Virus record (IMG/VR): IMGVR_UViG_3300017909_002808
Location: 1 to 30,601 of that record
Strand: one strand, 5' to 3'
Source of the DNA: a virus
Lineage: Duplodnaviria > Caudoviricetes
DNA: 30,601 bases
Both the position numbers and the translations under genes were made by a program. Below the pieces are notes generated by a model. The model saw nothing but the letters and a program-made list of their open reading frames with translations. It was not told where the DNA came from and searched no databases. Shown one piece after another: positions 8,815 to 15,636 of this stretch (its first letter is position 1; each line of letters starts with the position of its first letter).

Positions 8815-9180
8815 GTCCCCCCGGCGGCGCGGGCCGCGCTGAGCGGGCGGCGGGCCGGGCGGCGGAAAACTGCGGAATTGCCCCGATATTCACGGGCCCC
8901 AGCGCTTTTTCCGGCGCTATACGCCGCCAGAAGGCGGGCCGGGCGGCGGGTGGCGGGCGGCGGGTGGCGGAAAACGGCGGATTCGGGTGCCGCGTTCTGT
9001 CCATTTCTGCCCAGGTGCGATATGTCCCATACGTGCCAGCCGGGGCGGCGGGCGTCACCAGTGCGCGGCGGGATCCGGGCCGGGGTCCGGGGTCCGGGGC
9101 GGCGGGATCGCGGCCCACGGTCCACGCTGGGCGGCTGGCGGTACGTTTCAGGCAGGGCACGGGCGGCGGGCCGGGGCCGA
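8815..9180. other. Very GC-rich non-coding spacer with GGCGGG and GGGGTCC repeats
   Basis: Runs such as ggcgggccgggcggcgggtggcgggcggcgggtggcgg and cggggtccggggtccgggg. All overlapping ORFs are Arg/Pro/Gly/Ala shadow ORFs. Confidence 0.65.
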
Positions 9181-9190
9181 ATTAACGCAC

Positions 9191-9220
9191 AAAAAAAACC
9201 CCGGGGCGTTACCCCCGGGG
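9191..9220 (-). terminator. Rho-independent terminator ending the small-gene region
   Basis: Minus strand CCCCGGGG-GTAACG-CCCCGGGG followed by T8. Confidence 0.8.
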
Positions 9221-9245
9221 CGTCGTGTGCGGCGCTGGGCCGGTT

Positions 9246-9458
9246 CTAGAATTCCCCCCAACCGGCGGACCGCGCCCATGCGTTATCCTCGGCGGTCAGT
9301 CGGGCGCGACGCTCGAGGTCGGCCCGGGCTCGAGGGTCGGCGGCGCAATCGTCACAAACGGCCTCTTTGCCGTGTACATCGGTATTGCCGCATTTGGTTT
9401 GGACCTCGCGGACGTCGTATCCGCGCGGCACCCAATAGCTCACCAGATTGTCACACAT
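9246..9458 (-). CDS. Small Cys-containing hypothetical protein (possible Zn binding)
   Basis: Start reassigned to ATG 9458 with GGAGG upstream. MCDNLVSYW…KCGNT…VCDDC…. Confidence 0.65.
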   Translation of the reverse strand: MCDNLVSYWVPRGYDVREVQTKCGNTDVHGKEAVCDDCAADPRARADLERRARLTAEDNAWARSAGWGEF

Positions 9459-9459
9459 G

Positions 9460-9675
9460 TTACGCCACCTCCACATCGCACCAGTGGTAGCGGGGGCCGT
9501 ATTTCCCAGTCGCCTCGAAAATCGGATCGATGTCGCGGGGGCTGGCAAATACTTCTGCGTTCAACGTCATTTCCAGCGCAGCCGCATCCTTGGCTGCGCG
9601 GATCGCGTCGTCCTTGCTAGGCAAATATGTTTTGGAAACACTGCCCTCACGCCCGTAAACGATCAGTTCAAACAT
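9460..9675 (-). CDS. Hypothetical protein
   Basis: 71 aa, GGGGAG RBS, tightly packed with its neighbours. Confidence 0.65.
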   Translation of the reverse strand: MFELIVYGREGSVSKTYLPSKDDAIRAAKDAAALEMTLNAEVFASPRDIDPIFEATGKYGPRYHWCDVEVA

Positions 9676-9946
9676 GTGCGGGCTCCCCCTTAATCAACGC
9701 CGAAATGGCGTCCCGCTCCGACGCATCGGGGTAGCGGTATATAGAGTGATCGTAAGCGGTCAGCATGCGGTCGCGGATCGCGCCTTCGTCGCCGTCATAT
9801 GCGCCCATGCCAGCATGGATAACGACGCCCTCTATAGAGCGGGCGAGATCGACAAACGCGATGCGCTCGCGGTCGATCTCGCAAAACCGAATCAACTGGC
9901 CATCGGCGTTGTAGAGCCGCCCCGTGTTGTGTTCGTAAATTTTCAT
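9668..9946 (-). CDS. Hypothetical protein
   Basis: 92 aa, first gene behind repeat unit 1 (GGAGAAATAGGAAATG leader). Confidence 0.7.
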   Translation of the reverse strand: MKIYEHNTGRLYNADGQLIRFCEIDRERIAFVDLARSIEGVVIHAGMGAYDGDEGAIRDRMLTAYDHSIYRYPDASERDAISALIKGEPAHV

Positions 9947-9952
9947 TTCCTA

Positions 9953-10043
9953 TTTCTCCGTTGTTCGGGCGGAATTGCCCGGGCCGTTTATCTCATAAGA
10001 TCGCATAGGGCGCAAACGAAAAAGGGCGGCCCGAAAGCCGCCC
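9953..10043 (-). repeat. 91-bp direct repeat copy 1: terminator, promoter, hairpin and RBS
   Basis: 85 of 91 positions identical to 10609-10699. Minus strand: GGGCGGC-TTTCGG-GCCGCCC-T5, then TTGCGC-17-GATAAA, then CGGGC-AATTCC-GCCCG, then ACGGAGAAA. Confidence 0.9.
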
Positions 10044-10066
10044 CAATGTCGCCGTGTATATCGTCG

Positions 10067-10156
10067 TCAGCAATCGCGGCCTAACTCCACCGCGACCCAA
10101 GCGATAGCAAGCGCACCCGCGCCCGAGATCGCTAAGATGATCCAGTCGCCAAACAT
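10067..10156 (-). CDS. 29-aa single-TM peptide
   Basis: Hand-translated MFGDWIILAISGAGALAIAWVAVELGRDC. The ATG overlaps the upstream TGA (TGATG), and a terminator follows. Confidence 0.55.
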   Translation of the reverse strand: MFGDWIILAISGAGALAIAWVAVELGRDC

Positions 10157-10602
10157 CAGGACAACGACACGCTGGCGCTTACGTCAACGCTCTCAACCTC
10201 GACGTCAACGCTCAAACGGTCGGCGACCGCCTTCGCCAGTTCGTCGATATTGTCGGCTGGGTCGTCGGCCCGGTCGGCGAGAACGGTTTCCACGACGTTC
10301 TCGATGGTGCCCCCATACTCGAGCCTGTCGGCTACATCGTCGAGGGTCGGCACGTCTTCGATGCTGGTTTCCAGCGAATCGACGCGGTCGCGGAGGTCGT
10401 CGAGGTCGTCGGCCAGTTCCCTGAACACCGGCAGCGCGGCCAGCGCGTCGGCCAGCGCTTGCAAAGGCTCAAGCTTTGACTCTAGCGCGTCCCGCTCAAC
10501 CCGAAGCCGGTTAGCTTGGCGTTCAAGTTCTGACCGGGCGACCTGCTCGGGCTCTACCGTCAATAGGTCTATGGTGCCAGTGTCGTTTGTGTCGATAGTC
10601 AT
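10156..10602 (-). CDS. Acidic coiled-coil hypothetical protein
   Basis: Start reassigned to ATG 10602 behind the repeat-2 RBS. Very Asp/Glu-rich with heptad repeats. Confidence 0.7.
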   Translation of the reverse strand: MTIDTNDTGTIDLLTVEPEQVARSELERQANRLRVERDALESKLEPLQALADALAALPVFRELADDLDDLRDRVDSLETSIEDVPTLDDVADRLEYGGTIENVVETVLADRADDPADNIDELAKAVADRLSVDVEVESVDVSASVSLS

Positions 10603-10608
10603 GGTTTC

Positions 10609-10699
10609 TTTCTCCGTTGTTCGGGCGGAATTGCCCGGGCCGTTTATCTCATACCGTCGCATACGATGCAAACGAAAAAGGGCGGCCCGAAAGCCGCCC
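10609..10699 (-). repeat. 91-bp direct repeat copy 2: terminator, promoter, hairpin and RBS
   Basis: Same layout as copy 1. The promoter is TTGCAT-17-GATAAA, and all 6 differences from copy 1 fall in the -35/spacer. Confidence 0.9.
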
Positions 10700-10725
10700 T
10701 GATTTCGTCGTTATGTTCGACCGGT

Positions 10726-10917
10726 TCAGGAATGGGTGTACCCGTCGGGCTCGATACCCAGCCACATCCCGCACCATGGGACCACGATGCAATCATCATA
10801 CGGGGGGCGCTGGGCGGTGCGACGCCATGCCAGATAGGACGGCTTAGGATATTCGCACCAGTCGCGACGGTAGACGCTAAGAAGCGCGACCCGCTGGGCT
10901 CTAGTGAGGGGGCGCAT
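10726..10917 (-). CDS. Conserved small phage hypothetical protein
   Basis: 63 aa. I recognise the C-terminal WCGMWLGIEPDGYTHS motif from environmental phages. Confidence 0.7.
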   Translation of the reverse strand: MRPLTRAQRVALLSVYRRDWCEYPKPSYLAWRRTAQRPPYDDCIVVPWCGMWLGIEPDGYTHS

Positions 10918-10923
10918 CGGGTT

Positions 10924-12051
10924 TTACGCGGCCAGTTCCAGCGCGGCCCGGTAAGCTTTTTGTTTAAGCTTACCGCCCGTGCCATCGCCGAACAGATTGC
11001 TGGCGATGTTGTGTTCAACGCCCCGATTTTTAACCGGCTTCTGATCGGCCAGCCAAGTGATCGTATTGAACGCTCCCCATACCGTGCCCTCGGCGGTGCC
11101 GAGATCATGGCCGGGGTTGATGCCCGCCGTTGGGGCGGTCGTAACATCGGCAGGCAGGTCGGCATTGGCGACGCCCCGGGCGATCTGGTCGATCCGGTCG
11201 GCGACGTACAGTTCAACGTCGGCGGCGTCGTCTTTCCCGACGGGGAGAAAATCCCGGCCCCGATAATATGACAGCGCTTTTCTGACGCCCTCGGACTGGC
11301 GGACCTTGCCGTCCGACTCGGTTTTTTCTTTCCCGCCGATCACGGTGCGGAAATACTCGAGCGCTTCAACGTCAGACAAAGCGCGGGCCGCTAAGCGCCG
11401 CGCCGTTTCAACGTAAGCGCCAAACTGGTCGTCTTGTAAACCGAGGGCCGTTTCGACGGCGTACGGATCCAGTTCGACGCGGTGGTCGTGCCGGAATATG
11501 TCGGCGTCTTTTTCCGACAAGGCAAACGTCAGCGTATTGTTGCAAACGACGCGGGTCGATACGTTCGCGAAGGTGTTGGCGTCTTTCCCGGTATGGCGAA
11601 CGGTAAACAAGGGCCGCGCGGCAATCGCATCGCCCGGCCCGATCTCTTCAACGCGGTCGGTCTCCAACTGAACCCATGCTGCCGCGCCGTCGAACAAAGC
11701 GCCCGCCGTGACAATGTCGAATCCGTGCCGGTCCCGGAGTCGGTCCGCCATCTCGAGTATCGCGGCGTTTTGAACAGGCTGCCATTGGCCCGCAATGTAA
11801 GGGCCGGTAACGTGCCCGGTATCGGTGCGCTCAATATAGAACGAATCCGGAATTGGCGTGCCGTCCGTTCGGTGATTCGGGCGACACGCAACCTCGAAAT
11901 TGAGACCGGCGGCGTCGGCCCATGTCTCGATTGAGGCATGGGGCGCGACAGTTTGCGGATTTGTTTCCGGGGCATGCCATGGGGCCGCGTCGGTCTCCCT
12001 GTATGCCATTGCAGTGCGTCCGTCTTCCTGTGTTGCAAGTTCATGTGACAT
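10924..12051 (-). CDS. DUF932 / TIGR03299-like phage-plasmid protein
   Basis: MAY…PWH, AGLNFEV, WQPVQN, TAGALFDG, RVVCNNTL and GTVWGAFN motifs. Start reassigned to ATG 12051 (GGAGAAAAACCAAATG). Confidence 0.85.
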   Translation of the reverse strand: MSHELATQEDGRTAMAYRETDAAPWHAPETNPQTVAPHASIETWADAAGLNFEVACRPNHRTDGTPIPDSFYIERTDTGHVTGPYIAGQWQPVQNAAILEMADRLRDRHGFDIVTAGALFDGAAAWVQLETDRVEEIGPGDAIAARPLFTVRHTGKDANTFANVSTRVVCNNTLTFALSEKDADIFRHDHRVELDPYAVETALGLQDDQFGAYVETARRLAARALSDVEALEYFRTVIGGKEKTESDGKVRQSEGVRKALSYYRGRDFLPVGKDDAADVELYVADRIDQIARGVANADLPADVTTAPTAGINPGHDLGTAEGTVWGAFNTITWLADQKPVKNRGVEHNIASNLFGDGTGGKLKQKAYRAALELAA

Positions 12052-12066
12052 TTGGTTTTTCTCCAT

Positions 12067-12128
12067 AAAAAAAACGGGGCAGGATTACCCCGCCCCGATG
12101 TTCTCGCATAATATCGCGTAACGTGTCA
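12067..12128 (-). promoter_or_regulatory. TTGACA promoter with paired operator-like boxes, followed by a GC hairpin and U8
   Basis: TTGACA at 12128-12123. TACGCGA and TATGCGA lie 10 bp apart. Hairpin CGGGGCGGG…CCTGCCCCG plus T8 at 12097-12067. Confidence 0.6.
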
Positions 12129-12138
12129 ACGGTTTATT

Positions 12139-12864
12139 TCATGCCGCGCTAACCCGTCCGATATCGCCCGCAATGTGAGGCCGCACAATAGTATGCGGTC
12201 GCAGTGTTTTGACAAATGCCCGGTGCGCGTCGGCGTCGGATTCGGCGGGCTCTTCGCGATTGGATAAACCGCGCCAATGCAAGGCGACGTTTCCGCCGCC
12301 CGCATAGCACCCGCCGCGCTCGGCGTTGTCTCCGGCTTTTCGTTTCGACGCACCGTGTGCGGTAAACACAATAAAGTAATCCCGCTCGGCGCGAGAACAT
12401 AACGGACGCCCGCCGCCGCAACTGGCGCAGCCGATCCCGGTTTTTTCGTCGGGACAACGTACGCCCCGAACGCCGTTCGCGATTGTTACCTTGTCACTAT
12501 CGCGCCCGCTCCAATAATCGGCGGGCACGACGGCGACGCTGGCATTCCCAAGCGCGGTTTCGTTCGCTGCTGCCTCTAACGTCGGGGCGGAATAATTAAA
12601 AGTACACTTCGCCCGGTCGCCGGTGTTGCGTTCGGCGCATAGGTGCGGGGCAAAATGCGTGAACAAAAACGCCAGCCCGCGTTTCGGTACTGAATACCGA
12701 ACGGCGGTTTCATACTCGCGGTCTATCTCGCGGGACTGGGTTTGCACGGGTTTAAGCGGGCAAGAGTCGGGGCACGTTCCGTACATGTCGCCGGGGGCGG
12801 CGCGATAGGTGACAGCAAGCCCGGCGGTTTTTTTGGCGCGGCTGGCGGCGGTGCAATTAAGCAT
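12139..12864 (-). CDS. Cys-rich metal or Fe-S-binding protein (Gp88/DUF7227-like)
   Basis: Motifs TCPDSCPL, FTHF, FNYSA, RCP…GCASC…PLC…FTAHG, GGCYA and RPHIAGD. Confidence 0.65.
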   Translation of the reverse strand: MLNCTAASRAKKTAGLAVTYRAAPGDMYGTCPDSCPLKPVQTQSREIDREYETAVRYSVPKRGLAFLFTHFAPHLCAERNTGDRAKCTFNYSAPTLEAAANETALGNASVAVVPADYWSGRDSDKVTIANGVRGVRCPDEKTGIGCASCGGGRPLCSRAERDYFIVFTAHGASKRKAGDNAERGGCYAGGGNVALHWRGLSNREEPAESDADAHRAFVKTLRPHTIVRPHIAGDIGRVSAA

Positions 12865-12911
12865 TTGGTTTTTCTCCGTAGGATGGGTTAACTCCCATAT
12901 ACTAGGGCAAG

Positions 12912-12938
12912 AAAAAACCCGGCGTCAATACCGGGTTT
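12912..12938 (-). terminator. Rho-independent terminator abutting the next promoter
   Basis: Minus strand CCCGG-TATTGACG-CCGGG plus T6, followed by TTGCCC…TATGGGA and the leader GGAGAAAAACCAAATG. Confidence 0.7.
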
Positions 12939-12947
12939 AATCTTTTT

Positions 12948-13058
12948 TCAATATCGCCGTCGCGTTCGTCGCCGCATTGCACGGGGCGGTTTGGCGTTTG
13001 CGTATTTTTTCCAGTCGGGGCCGTATAGCAGGCGGCCCAGTATGCTAAACAGAAACAT
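12948..13058 (-). CDS. 36-aa peptide with hydrophobic N-terminus and Arg-rich tail
   Basis: Hand-translated MFLFSILGRLLYGPDWKKYANAKPPRAMRRRTRRRY. TAATG coupling to the upstream gene. Confidence 0.65.
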   Translation of the reverse strand: MFLFSILGRLLYGPDWKKYANAKPPRAMRRRTRRRY

Positions 13059-13306
13059 TACGCGGCCTCCGTGTCTTTAACAAGTACCGTGTATCGCCCG
13101 TATTTATTAACGACCCGTGTCTCCCTGTTAGAACTGTAGGTTTTATGGTGGGCAAGTTTAGGGGAGATCGGATGTATCTCACGAAAGCAATGTTTCTTAG
13201 CCCACTGATAAGCCTCTGTATCATCAAGGTCCGCGGGAACTTCAACTTCCGGATACCATTTTTCTTCGCGATGTACGAAAAGGCGAAGGGTTCTAGTGTT
13301 TTTCAT
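13058..13306 (-). CDS. Hypothetical protein
   Basis: 82 aa, GGAG RBS upstream. Confidence 0.6.
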   Translation of the reverse strand: MKNTRTLRLFVHREEKWYPEVEVPADLDDTEAYQWAKKHCFREIHPISPKLAHHKTYSSNRETRVVNKYGRYTVLVKDTEAA

Positions 13307-13436
13307 TGGTAAATTTCTCCGTGTCTTTGAGATTGATGCGGGATGTAACGAAAGCTATTGCGCCGAATATCACGAATCCCGTCAACGCGATAATCAGGTA
13401 ATCGACGGCAAAGCCGGTAAGGGCGTCATACTCCAT
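13293..13436 (-). CDS. 47-aa single-TM membrane protein
   Basis: Hand-translated MEYDALTGFAVDYLIIALTGFVIFGAIAFVTSRINLKDTEKFTNEKH. AAGGA RBS. First gene after the promoter at 13472-13500. Confidence 0.55.
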   Translation of the reverse strand: MEYDALTGFAVDYLIIALTGFVIFGAIAFVTSRINLKDTEKFTNEKH

Positions 13437-13941
13437 GTCTTAGTTCCTTCGTAGGGTTAGTAGACTCTCCCCTTATATGCGACCTTATCGGACATATCAA
13501 CCCCATAATTTCATCCCAGTTATAGGGCGCTTCGACAAAGAGATCGGGCGGGCAATCGGTGCCTTCCATCCGAACGTCGATAGCCTTGGAGGCGTGATAG
13601 ACTCTGACGGTGTCGGTCTGCTTCGCTTTTGACTGGCGGACCAATATCCACGCGCTGCCGTTTTTATGCAGGTCCATCCACGTCACCTGATGCGGCGATA
13701 GCTCTACCGCCCTGCCGCCAGTGTGCTTCAGTTCGACAAAATGAAAGAGGCCTAACTCGTCTTGGATTACAACGTCAGGAACTCCCGGCGTCGCCCACGT
13801 CTCCAGCCTTGTCATCGTCAATTTCCGAGAGCTCTTCGATATCCCCTGCTTCATCGTCTTCCACAAGCCGCTTTCGCGCTTTGCTGCGGTTCGCGGAATT
13901 GTCCTGCTCTTCGGGAGTGATGTCGATGGTGATCGGGGCAT
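13426..13941 (-). CDS. VRR-NUC / PD-(D/E)XK nuclease (resolvase-like); true start uncertain
   Basis: ESGLW…RLET…PGVPDVV…FVELK…LSPHQ..W is the canonical pattern. Confidence 0.8.
   Translation of the reverse strand: MPRSPSTSLPKSRTIPRTAAKRESGLWKTMKQGISKSSRKLTMTRLETWATPGVPDVVIQDELGLFHFVELKHTGGRAVELSPHQVTWMDLHKNGSAWILVRQSKAKQTDTVRVYHASKAIDVRMEGTDCPPDLFVEAPYNWDEIMGLICPIRSHIRGESTNPTKELRHGV
13472..13500 (-). promoter_or_regulatory. Sigma70-type promoter inside the 3' end of the nuclease gene
   Basis: TTGATA-17-TATAAG, with a TATGCGA box (plus strand, 13476-13482) overlapping the -10. Confidence 0.65.
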
Positions 13942-14437
13942 AGCTCTGCTTTATCTCCTCTAGGGCTTTCAGTACTTCGTCTTTCGACATCGAATCTATC
14001 GACCCGTGCCGGATCTCACTCTTGCTGACGTAGATATCTCCCTGCGCTTGACCCCGCCGGTATTCGGCTTGGACCGCCGCACTATAAGCGCCGTTCTGCA
14101 AGGCCATGTCTCGAATCGTTTGCAGGTCGCGCAGATGTCGCTGGTAAGTTACCCCAAACTTGGCGTCCAGTTCGTCGCGGTAAGACCGGATGGCCGCCAC
14201 AACGTGCGGGGAGCGATCAGGGTTCGTAAGTTCGTAGGCCCGGCTATGGGCACTGCTAGCAGGATAGCCTGCGTTGATGGCGGCTTCCCTCAACGTGATC
14301 TGCCCGTCCTTGCTGACCAGTTCCTTAACGAACAGTTCCTGCTTCCGAGTCAGTTTTGTATTGACGCTGACCTTCTTACGGCCCCGGGTCTCAACCCAGT
14401 TTGGGTCGTCGGATTTGCGTACGGTTTTGCGCGGCAT
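13775..14437 (-). CDS. terS: Terminase small subunit
   Basis: LTRKQELFVKE…EAAINAGY…SAHSRAYEL…PHVVAAI HTH pattern, then A..NGAYSAAVQAE..RG. Confidence 0.8.
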   Translation of the reverse strand: MPRKTVRKSDDPNWVETRGRKKVSVNTKLTRKQELFVKELVSKDGQITLREAAINAGYPASSAHSRAYELTNPDRSPHVVAAIRSYRDELDAKFGVTYQRHLRDLQTIRDMALQNGAYSAAVQAEYRRGQAQGDIYVSKSEIRHGSIDSMSKDEVLKALEEIKQSYAPITIDITPEEQDNSANRSKARKRLVEDDEAGDIEELSEIDDDKAGDVGDAGSS

Positions 14438-14486
14438 GGCGGGGTTTCTTTCGATAGTTAATCCGCACTAGGTTTTGCCACAAATC

Positions 14487-14710
14487 CCCTATTATATATA
14501 GGGCCTAAATCAATTTTTTGACAAAACCATTCGCTCGCGCGGGTTATACCGCATATTCCATGGAACACATGGAACAGAATCCGCTACATATGGAACAGCC
14601 TTTGTTCAGTGTTTTCAACGCGTTACTTGTTTTTGTTCCGTTGTTCCGCGTGTTCCACCCCAAAAATATTTTTTTTCGGAAAAATGATTTTGGCCCTATA
14701 TATAATAGGG
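14487..14710. other. Symmetric origin-like (or pac-like) element
   Basis: 31-bp inverted repeats (14487-14517 and 14680-14710, 27 of 31 matching) enclose 3x ATGGAACA (14560, 14569, 14590) facing 3x TGTTCC (14634, 14642, 14651) and A/T tracts. Confidence 0.65.
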
Positions 14711-14760
14711 AAAACTAAAACAGATCCCTGAGAAGAACCGTGGGCCGTGATTGGTGGTCT

Positions 14761-14982
14761 TTATCCCCTAGTTAAAGAAGATATGGACGTCAGGTAGATG
14801 AGTAGGTATTCCCCCAAATGCTCGGTCACCTCGGTGTCGTCCAGATTGTAATAAGGCATCGTGTCGTACTCGGCACTAAACGTCCATGTTTTGGGGGCCG
14901 TTTCCTCAAGTTCACAGACTTTATGTCGTTTGCCGTTTTTTATTTTAACCAGTTCGTATTTTTCGAGTTCGTATTTTTCCAT
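14761..14982 (-). CDS. Hypothetical protein
   Basis: 73 aa, AAGGAG RBS. Confidence 0.65.
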   Translation of the reverse strand: MEKYELEKYELVKIKNGKRHKVCELEETAPKTWTFSAEYDTMPYYNLDDTEVTEHLGEYLLIYLTSISSLTRG

Positions 14983-14998
14983 GAGTTTTCTCCTTGTT

Positions 14999-15059
14999 AA
15001 AAGCCCACGGCTCGTCTCAGAGATCGTTTTAACTCCAACCTGTTAAGAGACCCGTGGGC
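14999..15059 (-). terminator. Long bulged hairpin plus U-tract (terminator or attenuator-like)
   Basis: Minus strand GCCCACGG-GTCTC-TTAAC-loop-GTTAA-bulge-GAGAC-GAG-CCGTGGGC-TTTT. Confidence 0.6.
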
Positions 15060-15071
15060 CGTGATTAAGGG

Positions 15072-15533
15072 TTAGTGGTCGTTCAGTTCGTCTACGAGTT
15101 CACGCAGATCGCTTTCTGCCTTTTCTTTTTCTGCGCTCTCTTTCTGTTCTATCCAGAACGCGACATTCTTTTCGATGTTGTTAAATGTCTGGTCCATCCA
15201 TTCTTCATGGTCCGGGTGGTCCGGATTCATGTCGCCTTTTTTCATCGGCTTGATGGTCCGGCCTTTGCAGAAGAACAACCCTATTGGGGTTGGCCTGCCT
15301 TCCGGGGTGGCTTCGTAGTCGAAGCCGCCGAGATCGCCGCAGTTGAGCGTTTCGCTTGGGCCGTACATTACCATGACGGCGATGCCGTCTTTATTGCCAA
15401 GGGTATTGGCACCGTATTCTCTTACTGCGGCTTTGATGGCAGTTACGGGGTCAAGGGCCTTAGCCCACCCTCCGTAGTAGCCGCCCGAGACGGCGAGGAA
15501 GGTGTATCCGTTTTTGAGTATATGATCTGTCAT
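15072..15533 (-). CDS. Hypothetical protein
   Basis: Start reassigned to ATG 15533 (GGAGAACCAAATG). First gene after the boxA promoter. Confidence 0.75.
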   Translation of the reverse strand: MTDHILKNGYTFLAVSGGYYGGWAKALDPVTAIKAAVREYGANTLGNKDGIAVMVMYGPSETLNCGDLGGFDYEATPEGRPTPIGLFFCKGRTIKPMKKGDMNPDHPDHEEWMDQTFNNIEKNVAFWIEQKESAEKEKAESDLRELVDELNDH

Positions 15534-15592
15534 TTGGTTCTCCATGGTTCGAGGCCCACGGGTCACTCAACAGGTCGGAGTCGTATTCACAA

Positions 15593-15620
15593 TGTCAAAG
15601 AGCGGTGACGCTTTTACGTC
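15593..15620 (-). promoter_or_regulatory. boxB-like hairpin plus boxA antitermination site
   Basis: GACG-TAAAAG-CGTC hairpin (15620-15607), then CGCTCTTTGACA (15604-15593), matching the boxA consensus (C/T)GCTCTTT(A/G)ACA. Confidence 0.7.
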
Positions 15621-15636
15621 TTTTTTATTATGTCGT

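Noticed and set aside
8691-9620. Several overlapping 100-170 aa ORFs across the GC-rich spacer
   Set aside because: They are Arg/Gly/Pro/Ala low-complexity products expected from stop-poor GC-rich DNA, and they run across parS, the promoter and the terminator.
9953-10699. CRISPR array or IS/att repeats
   Set aside because: There are only two 91-bp copies separated by genes, no cas, transposase or integrase, and the repeat content is explained by expression signals.
14951-14979. Short tandem duplication (EKYEL twice), and similarly IKIDKDVP/IKVDKGVP near 21435-21480
   Set aside because: These are two-copy in-frame micro-duplications with no evidence of function.
15032-15581. MITE or invertible segment bounded by 29-bp inverted repeats
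   Set aside because: No recombinase or target-site duplication was seen, and the mismatches favour G-U RNA pairing on one strand. Inversion cannot be excluded without reads.
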